From contig CM022678.1 of the NCBI GenBank assembly GCA_012295275.1, positions 434,001 to 498,000 of the forward strand: a stretch of DNA of 64,000 nucleotides. Direction: 5' to 3'. Shown here in pieces: positions 24,001-35,239 of the stretch. The notes under the pieces were generated by a model, which saw only the letters and a program-made list of their open reading frames with translations, did no database searches and was not told where the DNA came from. Source of the stretch: Chrysomallon squamiferum. Lineage: Eukaryota > Animalia > Mollusca. Positions within the stretch are counted from its first letter, which is position 1, and each line of letters starts with the position of its first letter. The position numbers were made by a program, and so were the translations under genes.

Positions 24001-26994
24001 CACTTTGAAAAAGGTACCCCTAGCATTTTCAACGAAACTTGAAAAAATTCGATTTTCAAAAGTTGAAAATCCGTGTGGCACTTTTCCGTTTGGTCGGGAA
24101 AAATATTTCGACGTGTGCAAAAGGTGCGCGCCGTCGGGGCGAGTGTGGCAAAAACGTTTCCAACATTTACCAAAGGTGCTGCACCTTTTGAAAATGCGTT
24201 TGAAAAAAAAACGAGCAAATTTTCAAAAATATGTGCGTTTTTTGTGCACGTGTCGGAAACGAGTTGTTCCCCTTGGGTGGGCGTGCGGCACTTTTGACCC
24301 GTGTGGGGGGCAACCCTTGCCCCACTTTTTTGGTATGTGCGCCCGATTTTTCCCACGTGCTCGGAAAAAGTTATTGCACTTTGAAAAAGGTACCCCTAGC
24401 ATTTTCAACGAAACTTGAAAAAATTCGATTTTCAAAAGTTGAAAATCCGTGTGGCACTTTTCCGTTTGGTCGGGAAAAATATTTCGACGTGTGCAAAAGG
24501 TGCGCGCCGTCGGGCGAGTGTGGCAAAAACGTTTCCAACATTTACCAAAGGTGCTGCACCTTTTGAAAATGCGTTTGAAAAAAAAACGAGCAAATTTTCA
24601 AAAACATGTGCGTTTTTTGTGCACGTGTCGGAAACGAGTTGTTCCCCTTGGGTGGGGCGTGCGGCACTTTTGACCCGTGTCGGGGCAACCCTTGCCCCAC
24701 TTTTGGGTATGTGCCCCGATTTTTCCCACGTGCTCGGAAAAAGTTATTGCACTTTGAAAAAGGTACCCCTAGCATTTTCAACGAAACTTGAAAAATTCGA
24801 TTTTCAAAAGTTGAAAATCCGTGTGGCACTTTTCCGTTTGGTCGGGAAAAATATTTCGACGTGTGCAAAAGGTGCGCGCCGTCGGGGCGAGTGTGGCAAA
24901 AACGTTTCCAACATTTACCAAAGGTGCTGCACCTTTTGAAAATGCGTTTGAAAAAAACGAGCAAATTTTCAAAAACATGTGCGTTTTTTGTGCACGTGTC
25001 GGAAACGAGTTGTTCCCCTTGGGTGGGGCGTGCGGCACTTTTGACCCGTGTCGGGCAACCCTTGCCCCACTTTTGGGTATGTGCGCCCGATTTTTCCCAC
25101 GTGCTCGGAAAAAGTTATTGCACTTTGAAAAGGTACCCCTAGCATTTTCAACGAAACTTGAAAAAATTCGATTTTCAAAAGTTGAAAATCCGTGTGGCAC
25201 TTTTCCGTTTGGTCGGGAAAAATATTTCGACGTGTGCAAAAGGTGCGCGCCGTCGGGGCGAGTGTGGGAAAAACGTTTCCAACATTTACCAAAGGTGCTG
25301 CACCTTTTGAAAATGCGTTTGAAAAAAAAACGAGCAAATTTTCAAAACATGTGCGTTTTTGTGCACGTGTCGGAAACGAGTTGTTCCCCTTGGGTGGGGC
25401 GTGCGACACTTTTGACCCGTGTCGGGCAACCCTTGCCCCACTTTTTGGTATGTGCGCCCGATTTTTCCCACGTGCTCGGAAAAAGTTATTGCACTTTGAA
25501 AAAGGTACCCCTAGCATTTTCAACGAAACTTGAAAAAAATCGATTTTCAAAAGTTGAAAATCCGTGTGGCACTTTTCCGTTTGGTCGGGAAAAATATTTC
25601 GACGTGTGCAAAAGGTGCGCGCCGTCGGGGCGAGTGTGGCAAAAACGTTTCCAACATTTACCAAAGGTGCTGCACCTTTTGAAAATGCGTTTGAAAAAAA
25701 AACGAGCAAATTTTCAAAAACATGTGCGTTTTTTGTGCACGTGTCGGAAACGAGTTGTTCCCCTTGGGTGGGGCGTGCGGCACTTTTGACCCGTGTCGGG
25801 CAACCCTTGCCCCACTTTTGGGTATGTGCGCCCGATTTTTCCCACGTGCTCGGAAAAAGTTATTGCACTTTGAAAAAGGTACCCCTAGCATTTTCAACGA
25901 AACTTGAAAAAATTCGATTTTCAAAAGTTGAAAATCCGTGTGGCACTTTTCCGTTTGGTCGGGAAAAATATTTCGACGTGTGCAAAAGGTGCGCGCCGTC
26001 GGGGCGAGTGTGGCAAAAACGTTTCCAACATTTACCAAAGGTGCTGCACCTTTTGAAAATGCGTTTGAAAAAAAACGAGCAAATTTTCAAAAACATGTGC
26101 GTTTTTTGTGCACGTGTCGGAAACGAGTTGTTCCCCTTGGGTGGGCGTGCGGCACTTTTGACCCGTGTCGGGCAACCCTTGGCCCACTTTTGGGTATGTG
26201 CGCCCGATTTTTCCCACGTGCTCGGAAAAAAGTTATTGCACTTTGAAAAAGGTACCCCTAGCATTTTCAACGAAACTTGAAAAAATTCGATTTTCAAAAG
26301 TTGAAAATCCGTGTGGCACTTTTCCGTTTGGTCGGGAAAAATATTTCGACGTGTGCAAAAGGTGCGCGCCGTCGGGGCGAGTGTGGCAAAAACGTTTCCA
26401 ACATTTACCAAAGGTGCTGCACCTTTTGAAAATGCGTTTGAAAAAAAAAGCAAATTTTCAAAAACATGTGCGTTTTTTGTGCACGTGTCGGAAACGAGTT
26501 GTTCCCCTTGGGTGGGGCGTGCGGCACTTTTGACCCGTGTCGGGCAACCCTTGCCCACTTTTTGGGTATGTGCGCCCGATTTTTCCCACGTGCTCGGAAA
26601 AAGTTATTGCACTTTGAAAAGGTACCCCTAGCATTTTCAACGAAACTTGAAAAAATTCGATTTTCAAAAGTTGAAAATCCGTGTGGCACTTTTCCGTTTG
26701 GTCGGGAAAAATATTTCGACGTGTGCAAAAGGTGCGCGCCGTCGGGGCGAGTGTGGCAAAAACGTTTCCAACATTTACCAAAGGTGCTGCACCTTTTGAA
26801 AATGCGTTTGAAAAAAAAACGAGCAAATTTTCAAAAACATGTGCGTTTTTTGTGCACGTGTCGGAAACGAGTTGTTCCCCTTGGGTGGGGCGTGCGGCAC
26901 TTTAAAAGTTATTCCACTTTGAAAAAGGTACCCCTAGCATTTTCAACGAAACTTGAAAAAATTCGATTTTCAAAAGTTGAAAATCCGTGTGGCA
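1..26994. repeat. Tandem satellite DNA array, ~374-bp monomer, ~72 head-to-tail copies; array continues past the left window edge
   Basis: Identical landmarks recur every ~374 bp (ORF starts at 7171 and 7545; one GGTACC per unit). Differences between copies are mostly homopolymer length. Confidence 0.98.
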
Positions 26995-27251
26995 GACCGT
27001 ACTGACAAAATATTTCGCACGTGTTCAAACCTGTACCACTTCGGCAACTGTACTGACAAAAACGTTTCCAACATTTACCAGACTGTACTGAAAAGCTGAA
27101 ATAAAACGAGCAAATTCAAAACAGACCGTTTGTGACAAGCTGAAAACTGTTGTTCCACTTCGCAGACTGTACTGACAAGCTGTACCACTTTTTGGACTGT
27201 GCGCAGACTTATTCCACGTACTGTACTGACAAGCTTATTCCACTTCGCAAA
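26995..27251. other. Mosaic junction interleaving pieces of the 374-bp satellite and the 30-bp minisatellite
   Basis: Satellite words (aaaatatttcg, aaaacgtttccaacatttacca, aaaacgagcaaatt) alternate with minisatellite words (gtactgacaa, ctgtaccacttcg). Confidence 0.85.
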
Positions 27252-29139
27252 GACTGTACTGACAAGCTGTAAAACTTCGCAGACTGTACTGACAAGCTGT
27301 ACCACTTCGCAGACTGTACTGACAAGCTGTACCACTTCGCAGACTGTACTGACAAGCTTCGCAGAACAAGCTGTACCACTTCGCAGACTGTACTGACAAG
27401 CTGTACCACTTCGCAGACTGTATTGACAAGCTGTACAACTTCGCAGACTGTACTGACAAGCTGTACCAACTTCGCAGACTGTACTGACAAGCTGTACCAC
27501 TTCGCAGACTGTATTGACAAGCTGTACCACTTCGCAGACTGTATTGACAAGCTGTACCACTTCGCAGACTGTATTGACAAGCTGTACCACTTCGCAGACT
27601 GTACTGACAAGCTGTACCACTTCGCAGACTGTACTGACAAGCTGTACCACTTCGCAGACTGTACTGACAAGCTGTATAACTTCGCAGACTGTACTGACAA
27701 GCTGTACCACTTCGCAGACTGTATTGACAAGCTGTACCACTTCGCAGACCGTACTGACAAGCTGTACCACTTCGCAGACCGTACTGACAAGCTGTAGCAC
27801 TTCGCAGACCGTACTGACAAGCTGTATAACTTCGCAGACCGTACTGACAAGCTGTACCACTTCGCAGACCGTACTGACAAGCTGTATAACTTCGCAGACC
27901 GTACTGACAAGCTGTACCACTTCGCGGACTGTACTGACAAGCTGTACCACTTCGCAGACTGTACTGACAAGCTGTATAACTTCGCAGACCGTACTGACAA
28001 GCTGTATAACTTCGCAGACTGTACTGACAAGCTGTACCACTTCGCAGACTGTACTGAGAAGCTGTACCACTTCGCAGACTGTACTGACAAGCTGTACCAC
28101 TTCGCAGACTGTACTGACAAGCTGTACAACTTCGCAGACTGTACTGACAAGCTGTACCACTTCGCAGACTGTACTGACAAGCTGTACAACTTCGCAGACT
28201 GTACTGACAAGCTGTACCACTTAGCAGACTGTACTGACAAGCTGTATATCTTCTCAGACTGTACTGACAAGCTGTATAACTTCGCAGACTGTACTGACAA
28301 GCTGTACCACTTCGCAGACGGTATTGACAAGCTGTACCACTTCGCAGACTGTACTGACAAGCTGTAGCACTTCGTAGACCGTACTGACAAGCTGTAGCAC
28401 TTCGCAGACCGTACTGACAAGCTGTAGCACTTCGCAGACCGTACTGACAAGCTGTATAACTTCGCAGACCGTACTGACAAGCTGTGCCACTTCTCAGACC
28501 GTACTGACAAGCTGTATAACTTCGCAGACCGTACTGACAAGCTGTACCACTTCGCGGACTGTACTGACAAGCTGTACCACTTCGCAGACGGTACTGACAA
28601 GCTGTATAACTTCGCAGACCGTACTGACAAGCTGTATAACTTCGCAGACTGTACTGACAAGCTGTACCACTTCGCAGACTGTACTGACAAGCTGTACCAC
28701 TTCGCAGACTGTACTGACAAGCTGTACAACTTCGCAGACTGTATTGACAAGCTGTATAACTTCGCAGACTGTACTGACAAGCTGTACCACTTCGCAGACT
28801 GTAGTGACAAGCTGTACCACTTCGCAGACTGTATTGACAAGCTGTACAACTTCGCAGACTGTATTGACAAGCTGTACCACTTCGCAGACTGTATTGACAA
28901 GCTGTATAACTTCGCAGACTGTATTGACAAGCTGTACCACTTCGCAGACTGTATTGACAAGCTGTATAACTTCGCAGACTGTATTGACAAGCTGTATAAC
29001 TTCGCAGACTGTACTGACAAGCTGTACAATTTCGCAGACTGTATTGACAATCTGTATAACTTCGCAGACTGTATTGACAAGCTGTATAACTTCGCAGACT
29101 GTATTGACAAGCTGTACCACTTCGCAGACTGTACTGACA
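27252..29139. repeat. 30-bp minisatellite (GTACTGACAAGCTGTACCACTTCGCAGACT)n, ~63 copies
   Basis: The 30-bp period is directly visible; variants TACCAC/TATAAC/TAGCAC/TACAAC and GTACT/GTATT. Confidence 0.97.
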
Positions 29140-29192
29140 GCAAACATTCCTATAAAACCTATCATACGCTTCCTTTCTCCATAATTGCAGCC

Positions 29193-29244
29193 ATGTGTAC
29201 ATTTTATTTAACTTTTGTTTTAGTTTTAAGTTTCCATGCTACAG
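29193..29244 (+). CDS. C-type lectin, coding exon 1 (signal peptide MCTFYLTFVLVLSFHAT)
   Basis: ATG in GCCATG context, hydrophobic 17-aa stretch, donor CAG|GTAACC in phase 1 that joins exon 2 in frame (G+AT=Asp). Confidence 0.82.
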
Positions 29245-29648
29245 GTAACCTTTTAGTATTTGATTTTTTATTTCTTTACTGAATTATACAGGGAATAAGT
29301 CTTTGAAATGTCTGTATTTAGAGTTTGCTTCTTCTCAGAAATATATGCAGATAGGTATTTTAGAATATTTCTTCTTGAGTCAAATGAAAATAAAATACGT
29401 AAATCTAACTTTTCATTCTCTCTGAAATACAAATATAATACGTACTTTTATCTTCAGTGAATTTATCTTCAGTGTATTTTGTTGTTTTTGTTGTGTTTTT
29501 TTTAAAGAAAGAAAAGAAAAGAAAAATGCCCTGTTTATTTGTTATTCCTCTGTAACTTGGCAGGTTTTAATAGCCTAACATTTTGTGTTCATTTATCTTA
29601 AATATATTTAAGGTGTGTGTGTATTTGTAATAACAATTTATTTTACAG

Positions 29649-29743
29649 ATGGCATGGATTGTAGGAAAGCTTTTGTCAGACTTGGAGACGAGTGTTTCTG
29701 GTTCTCACGAAAATCTGTCATAGCCTCGTGGACAGATGCCCAG
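29649..29743 (+). CDS. C-type lectin, coding exon 2 (DGMDCRKAFVRLGDECFWFSRKSVIASWTDAQ)
   Basis: Acceptor ttttacag, donor CAG|gtagga. Encodes the long-form CTLD N-terminal Cys pair and the W-x-x-A motif. Confidence 0.9.
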
Positions 29744-30077
29744 GTAGGAAGGAGAGAAAGAAAAAGGAAAGGCGCGAATGAATTATTGTATGTATGTATG
29801 TATGTGTACATTTATTTTAGCATTTGAATATTATGTTCCTCTGATTGGACTCTGCACACTGACACTATTCGGGAGCAAAGTCCAACCACGACCTCGCAAA
29901 CCCCGTAACCCCAGATAGGAGGAAAGACAAAAACAGGGAAAGAATGAATTATCTTATGATTGTTTGTATGAATATGTATGTATATAAGGTAAGAAAGCAT
30001 GTATGTAGTTTTTAACTTATTATTATATTATTAGTAGTATTATTATTATTATAATTGTTATTATTATTATTACACAG

Positions 30078-30171
30078 ACCCTATGTGAAAATATTGGCGG
30101 ACAACTTGCTGTTATTGCGTCCCTTGAGGAAGATAACTATATTCGGGAATATCTGCTTAAATATGGAGAAA
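30078..30171 (+). CDS. C-type lectin, coding exon 3 (TLCENIGGQLAVIASLEEDNYIREYLLKYGE)
   Basis: Acceptor tacacag, donor A|gtgaga. C-x3-GG-x-LA-x-I-x-S-x-EE is a typical CTLD segment; phases fit both neighbouring exons. Confidence 0.9.
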
Positions 30172-30429
30172 GTGAGAACATATCTCTGGTTTCTGTTTTA
30201 TTTGATAATACTATTTATTTATTTATTTATTTATTATTATTATTATTAGCATGGATCAGTGATTATTTTGTATAGGAAAAGGAAACTCATTGTTTGCATA
30301 CACAATAGTACATGTTTTAGAATGTCTTTTGTTTTAACGAAAGAGAGTTACGAGTTATCGTCCTGTTGGTCTATGCTATTATTATTATTATTATTGTTGT
30401 TGTTGTTGTTGTTGTTGTTGTTACAACAG

Positions 30430-30710
30430 GAGATCTGTACTGGGTGGGAGCTAGTGACATCGAGGCTGAAGATACATTCAAGTGGATCAGACGAGGTAAG
30501 AAGACTTTGAAAATGGAGTACACGAACTGGTCAGAGGGACAGCCGGACAACTGGGACGGACACGAGAACTGCGTGGAGTTGAAACGTAGCTTCGCCTTCA
30601 AGTGGAATGATAATGTGTGCAACGTGCAGCAGGCGTTCATCTGTCAGCAGACAACTAAACCACAGAGAAACAAACAAACACACAAGAATAAAACAACAAT
30701 CAACAAGTAA
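30430..30710 (+). CDS. C-type lectin (perlucin-like), terminal coding exon; spliced protein ~173 aa
   Basis: YWVGASD..FKW..YTNWSEGQPDN..ENCV..WNDNVC..FICQ gives the WIGL-like, QPD and WND motifs plus canonical Cys. Acceptor acaacag; stop TAA ends at 30710. Confidence 0.95.
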
Positions 30711-31189
30711 AAAAATCTTATGTAAGTTGTGTTTGTCAGTTGTTTGTCTCAGTATTTTAAGTGTATACACTTTGTCAAAACACATACATGTCTGTCGCTC
30801 TGTGTTTCTGTCTGTGTGCATCTGTTTGTTTTTGTGTTGTTGTTTTTTTAAACTTTTCGTACATTTAAATAACATCGAGTACCTATATTAACATATTTTT
30901 AAAAAATACATCCATGAAACATATTGAAATAACAAAAGTAAATACAAAATACTGGTCGATAAAAAAACTGAAGAAATGTCTAGATTTATTAAATATTTAT
31001 TCTGTCCTTAAATACACTAAAATCATCTGTCAGATTATTCCTAATACAGCACAAGATAAAGTACATCCTTTCAGTAAGCTGGCTAACCAAACCACTCATG
31101 AATAATCCCCAAACAATCTAAATTTACATTGGAATCCAGTAAAAAAAAAACACCCGAGTCCTTCTCAGGTTAATAGTAATCTTGAAACT

Positions 31190-31892
31190 GAACTTGACCC
31201 TTACCTTAATAGTAACCCTAACCCTTATCTTAATATTAACTCTAACCCTTATCTTAATATTAACTCTAACCCTTATCTTAATATTAACTCTAACCCTTAT
31301 CTCAATATTAAATTTAACCCTTACCGTAATATCAACTCTAACCCTTACCTTAATATTAACCCTAACCCTTATCTCAGTATTAATTCTAACCCTTCCCTTA
31401 ATATTAACTCTAGCCCTTACTCTAATATTAACTCTAAACCTTACCGTATTATTAACTCTAACCCTTACTGTAATATTAACTCTAATCCTCACCTTAATGT
31501 CAACTCTAACCCTTACCTTAACATGAACTCTAACCCTTACCTTAATGTTAACTCTAACCCTTATCTCAATATTAACTCTAACCCTTACCTTAGTATTAAC
31601 CCGTATCTCAATATTATCTCTAACCCTTACCTTAATATTAACTCTAACCCTCACCTTAATGTTAACTCTAACCCTTACCTTAATTTTAACTCTAACCCTT
31701 ACCTTAATGTTAACTCTTACCCTTACCTTAATTTTAACTCTAACCCTCACCTTAATGTGAACTCTAACCCTCACCTTAATGTGAACTCTAACCCTTATCT
31801 TAATATTAACTCTAAACCTTATCTCAGTATTAACTCTAACCCTTACCTTAATATTAACTATCGCTAACCCTCACCATAACCCTAACCCTAAC
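31190..31892. repeat. 24-bp repeat (CTAACCCTTAYCTTAATATTAACT) built from degenerate telomere-like hexamers
   Basis: Hexamer substructure CTAACC/CTTACC/TTAATA/TTAACT; ends in taaccctaaccctaac. Confidence 0.85.
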
Positions 31893-32169
31893 GTTATTTA
31901 TAAACTATATGGATGATTAAGCTTTAATTAAAACAAAACATATTTTAAAGTTTTGGTTAACACACAACTAAATTTCCAAGCTGATTTTTTTTTTCAAATA
32001 AGTTTCATAAGTTTTATCCCAACACTTATTTTTAACATTCCATTTCAATAATTATAATTCGTACTTAAATATCCCTGACCCTAACCATTCCTGTACATAT
32101 ACTGTTGATCCCGGCCCTAACCTAAACGTTTTGTTATATGAAAATGTTGAGATATGTAATTTACATATG

Positions 32170-32691
32170 AAGTGTTTACAGAGATGTTTGATGTCTTCAC
32201 TGCTGAAGTTAAACACACACTGAGGACCAAACCCAGTTTTCACTTAAAGTGTTTACAGAGATGTTTGATGTCTTCACTGCTGAAGTTAAACACACACTGA
32301 GGACCAAACCCAGTTTTCACTTAAAGTGTTTACAGAGATGTTTGATGTCTTCACTGCTGAAGTTAAGCACACACTGAGTACCAAACCCAGTTTTCACTTA
32401 AAGTGTTTACAGAGATGTTTGATGTCTTCACTGCTGAAGTTAAGCACACACTGAGTACTTTCACTTAAAGTGTTTAGAGATGTTTGATGTCTTCACTGAA
32501 GTTAAGCACACACTGAGTACCAAACCCAGTTTTCACTTAAAGTGTTTACAGAGATGTTTGATATCTTCACTGCTGAAGTTAAGCACACACTGAGGACCAA
32601 ACCCAGTTTTCACTTAAAGTGTTTACAGAGATGTTTGATGTCTTCACTGCTGAAGTTAAGCGTACACTGATTATCAAACCCAGTTTTCACT
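32170..32691. repeat. 77-bp minisatellite, ~7 copies
   Basis: agtgtttacagagatg recurs at 32171, 32248, 32325 and onward. Confidence 0.93.
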
Positions 32692-34369
32692 ACAGGGACA
32701 TAAATAAGTTGATGACCTTAAATTTAACTACAACAAAGTCCAACAGAAGAAAATAAACTGAAAGTCTGAAAATCTAGAACTGAAACACATACAGTTATGA
32801 GGACTGATTTATTTTTAGTTCTTTAAATATTATATCTCAATATTACACTAGTAATCGTAGACTTTCCCTGCAGAATGAAAACATAATATGAAGTTGTCAT
32901 TAATTAATAGTGAATCTCAGCTAATTAATAGTATTAGCTTTAGTTAGAGTTGTGGCCCTTTATCTAAAGATGTGTACTGAAGTCAGATCAGACAACGAAT
33001 TCATCTTTACTCATTTCAGTTTCATCATTATTTCCAGTATAATCATTCTGTCAACAAAAGATAAAATGTCGAGCAAGGACACACTCTCGTTGTTTCTTTG
33101 TCACTTCAACTGTTATCTGAACTTTATCTTTCTGTCTCCTTCTTCGTTACAAAGTCAGCCAGCTGCCAGTTACTTTCAGACTGTCATCAGACCAACATTC
33201 AGCTACAACATCAACTATAACATCGGACCTCTCATAACTGATAGCTGATGGTAGTTAATATCATCTATTATTACTTCCAGAGTTGTCCATCAACAAACAA
33301 ATTAGATGTTGAATTGTTTTTAGAATTTATCCCAGTGACAGTCAAGAAGAAACAATCCAATTCATTTAAACATCAATGTGAAACTTCTGAAATGATACAG
33401 TAGCAAATGTTATAGGATCATCCTTTACTGATCTATAAATATATATGATTAAAAAGTAAAAAGGTAAAGAGAAAACAACATAATTTCACGAATTATTATT
33501 CTTATTTTTATTTATTTATTTATTATTAATTTATTTTATTTTTATTTTATTTTACTTTTTTTGTTTTTTTTTTTTTTGGATTTCTTTGATAAGGTTCTCT
33601 CTCTGTTTATACACGTCTCTAATTTTTCAAAATTTGTCCTCTATCCCATTCCATTATAGAATCTGATGTACTTTTAGACTCCAGCATCTTAATGCACAGA
33701 CCTATGAAAGAAACAAAATAAAATAAATTAATAATTAACAGTTATTAAACAAATCATGGAGCAAAATCACTTTATTAAAAATATAAAAATATGCCACCTG
33801 AACAAATCCAAACAATGTTACAGTAATCCATAAAGTAGTTGTCTCAGCAATTTATATATATCTATTATTAGTTTATATAGAGAGAGATTACAAACACTAG
33901 TAACGAACACTAGTATAAAACTACAAATATATACTGCTGAACATTTAGAACAAATTACACATTAGTTTAGACAGAGAATAAAATAGAAATAATAATAAAG
34001 AGCTGATGGTTAATATAAAATAACTTACTGATCACAATATTTCTAAGTGCAGAAAATGCATTCTTTTTAAAACTCGAATTCAGAGTGTTGTTATTATATG
34101 ACTTAAGAATATGTTACCTTCACACAATTCAAACAGAAACAAGAAGTAGAAGTCAAAGACCAACATTCATACATATACATTTGGTTTTGAAACACTCTTC
34201 GAGAAATAACAAATGACTACATTATTTTGTATGTTTCATTTAATTTTCTTCTGTCAGCAAGTGTAAGACAAAAAATAGTTTGTCAATAAATTTTAATTAA
34301 TCTACTTTAGAAAGTAATATCACTTGGTTATTTATCATTTAATTAGATAATTCAGTGTCAGATGAAACA

Positions 34370-34402
34370 TAATAATAATAATAATAGTAATAATAATAAC
34401 AA

Positions 34403-34434
<32 letters not shown>

Positions 34435-34490
34435 ATAACAATAATAATAAAGATGATGATAATGATGATGATGATGATGATAACAATTAC
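34370..34490. repeat. Compound trinucleotide microsatellite (AAT/ACT/GAT)
   Basis: Directly visible. Confidence 0.9.
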
Positions 34491-34557
34491 AATGTTAGTA
34501 ATACACATAGAACTATATAAACATCTAAGTCTCAGAAAAGTGTTTATGGATTTTTTT

Positions 34558-35190
34558 TAAAGATCTGATCAGAAGTATATAACATAAGTAATAGATGACT
34601 TCAGTTAGAGATGTGATCAGAAGTATATAACATAAGTAATAGATGACTTCAGTTAGAGATGTGATCAGAAATATAAAACATAAGTAATAGATGACTTCAG
34701 TTAAAAAGCTGATCAGAAGTATAAAACATAAGTAATAGATGACTTCAGTTAGAGATGTGATCAGAAGTATAAAACATAAGTAATAGATGACTTCAGTTAA
34801 AGATCTGATCAGAAATATATAACATAAGTAATAGATGACTTCGGTTAAAAAGCTGATCAGAAGTATATAACATAAGTAATAGATGACTTCAGTTAAAAAG
34901 CTGATCAGTAGTATAAAACATAAGTAATAGATGACTTCAGTTAAAGATCTGATCAGAAGTATATAACATAAGTAATAGTTGACTTCGGTTAAAAAGCTGA
35001 TCAGAAGTATATAACATAAGTAAATGACTGCACTTAAAGATCTGATCAGTAGTATATAACATAAGTAATAGATGACTTCAGTTAAAAAGCTGATCAGTAG
35101 TATATAACATAAGTAATAGATGACTTCAGTTAAAGATGTGATCAGTAGTATATAACATAAGTAATAGATGACTTCAGTTAAAAAGCTGAT
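34558..35190. repeat. 48-bp minisatellite, ~13 copies
   Basis: tgatcagaagtatataacataagtaatagatgacttcagtta recurs every 48 bp; accounts for ORF 34525-35256. Confidence 0.95.
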
Positions 35191-35239
35191 GTAAAGAATG
35201 TAAAGAAATAAATTGGTTTTGCAAAGTGTACACTTTGGG

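Noticed and set aside
1-26994. Satellite as a 5S rRNA, tRNA, snRNA or SL RNA tandem gene array
   Set aside because: No recognizable RNA-gene sequence or A/B box pair, and multiple T-runs on both strands would terminate Pol III. An Rfam search would settle it.
1-26994. Homopolymer length variation among monomers as biological diversity
   Set aside because: The pattern is typical of long-read consensus error in a collapsed or poorly polished repeat.
11-27005. Hundreds of overlapping ORFs in the satellite
   Set aside because: All six frames give the same recurring peptides; unit length is not a multiple of 3, homopolymer indels shift frames freely, and TpA depletion makes stops rare.
27252-29139. 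CRISPR-like appearance of the 30-bp and 35-bp repeats
   Set aside because: No unique spacers and no cas genes; the context is eukaryotic with spliceosomal introns.
27075-29202. 381-655-aa minus-strand ORFs (TACQYSLRSG, SVQSAKWYSL, VQLVSTVCEV repeats) resembling a Cys/Tyr-rich structural protein
   Set aside because: The 30-bp unit is stop-free in all three minus frames, so long ORFs are expected. There is no signal peptide, and the ORFs change frame at ~27470 and end in the mosaic junction.
31124-31867. RVRVNIKV, LTLTLI and NSNPYLN repeat ORFs
   Set aside because: Translations of the 24-bp telomere-like repeat.
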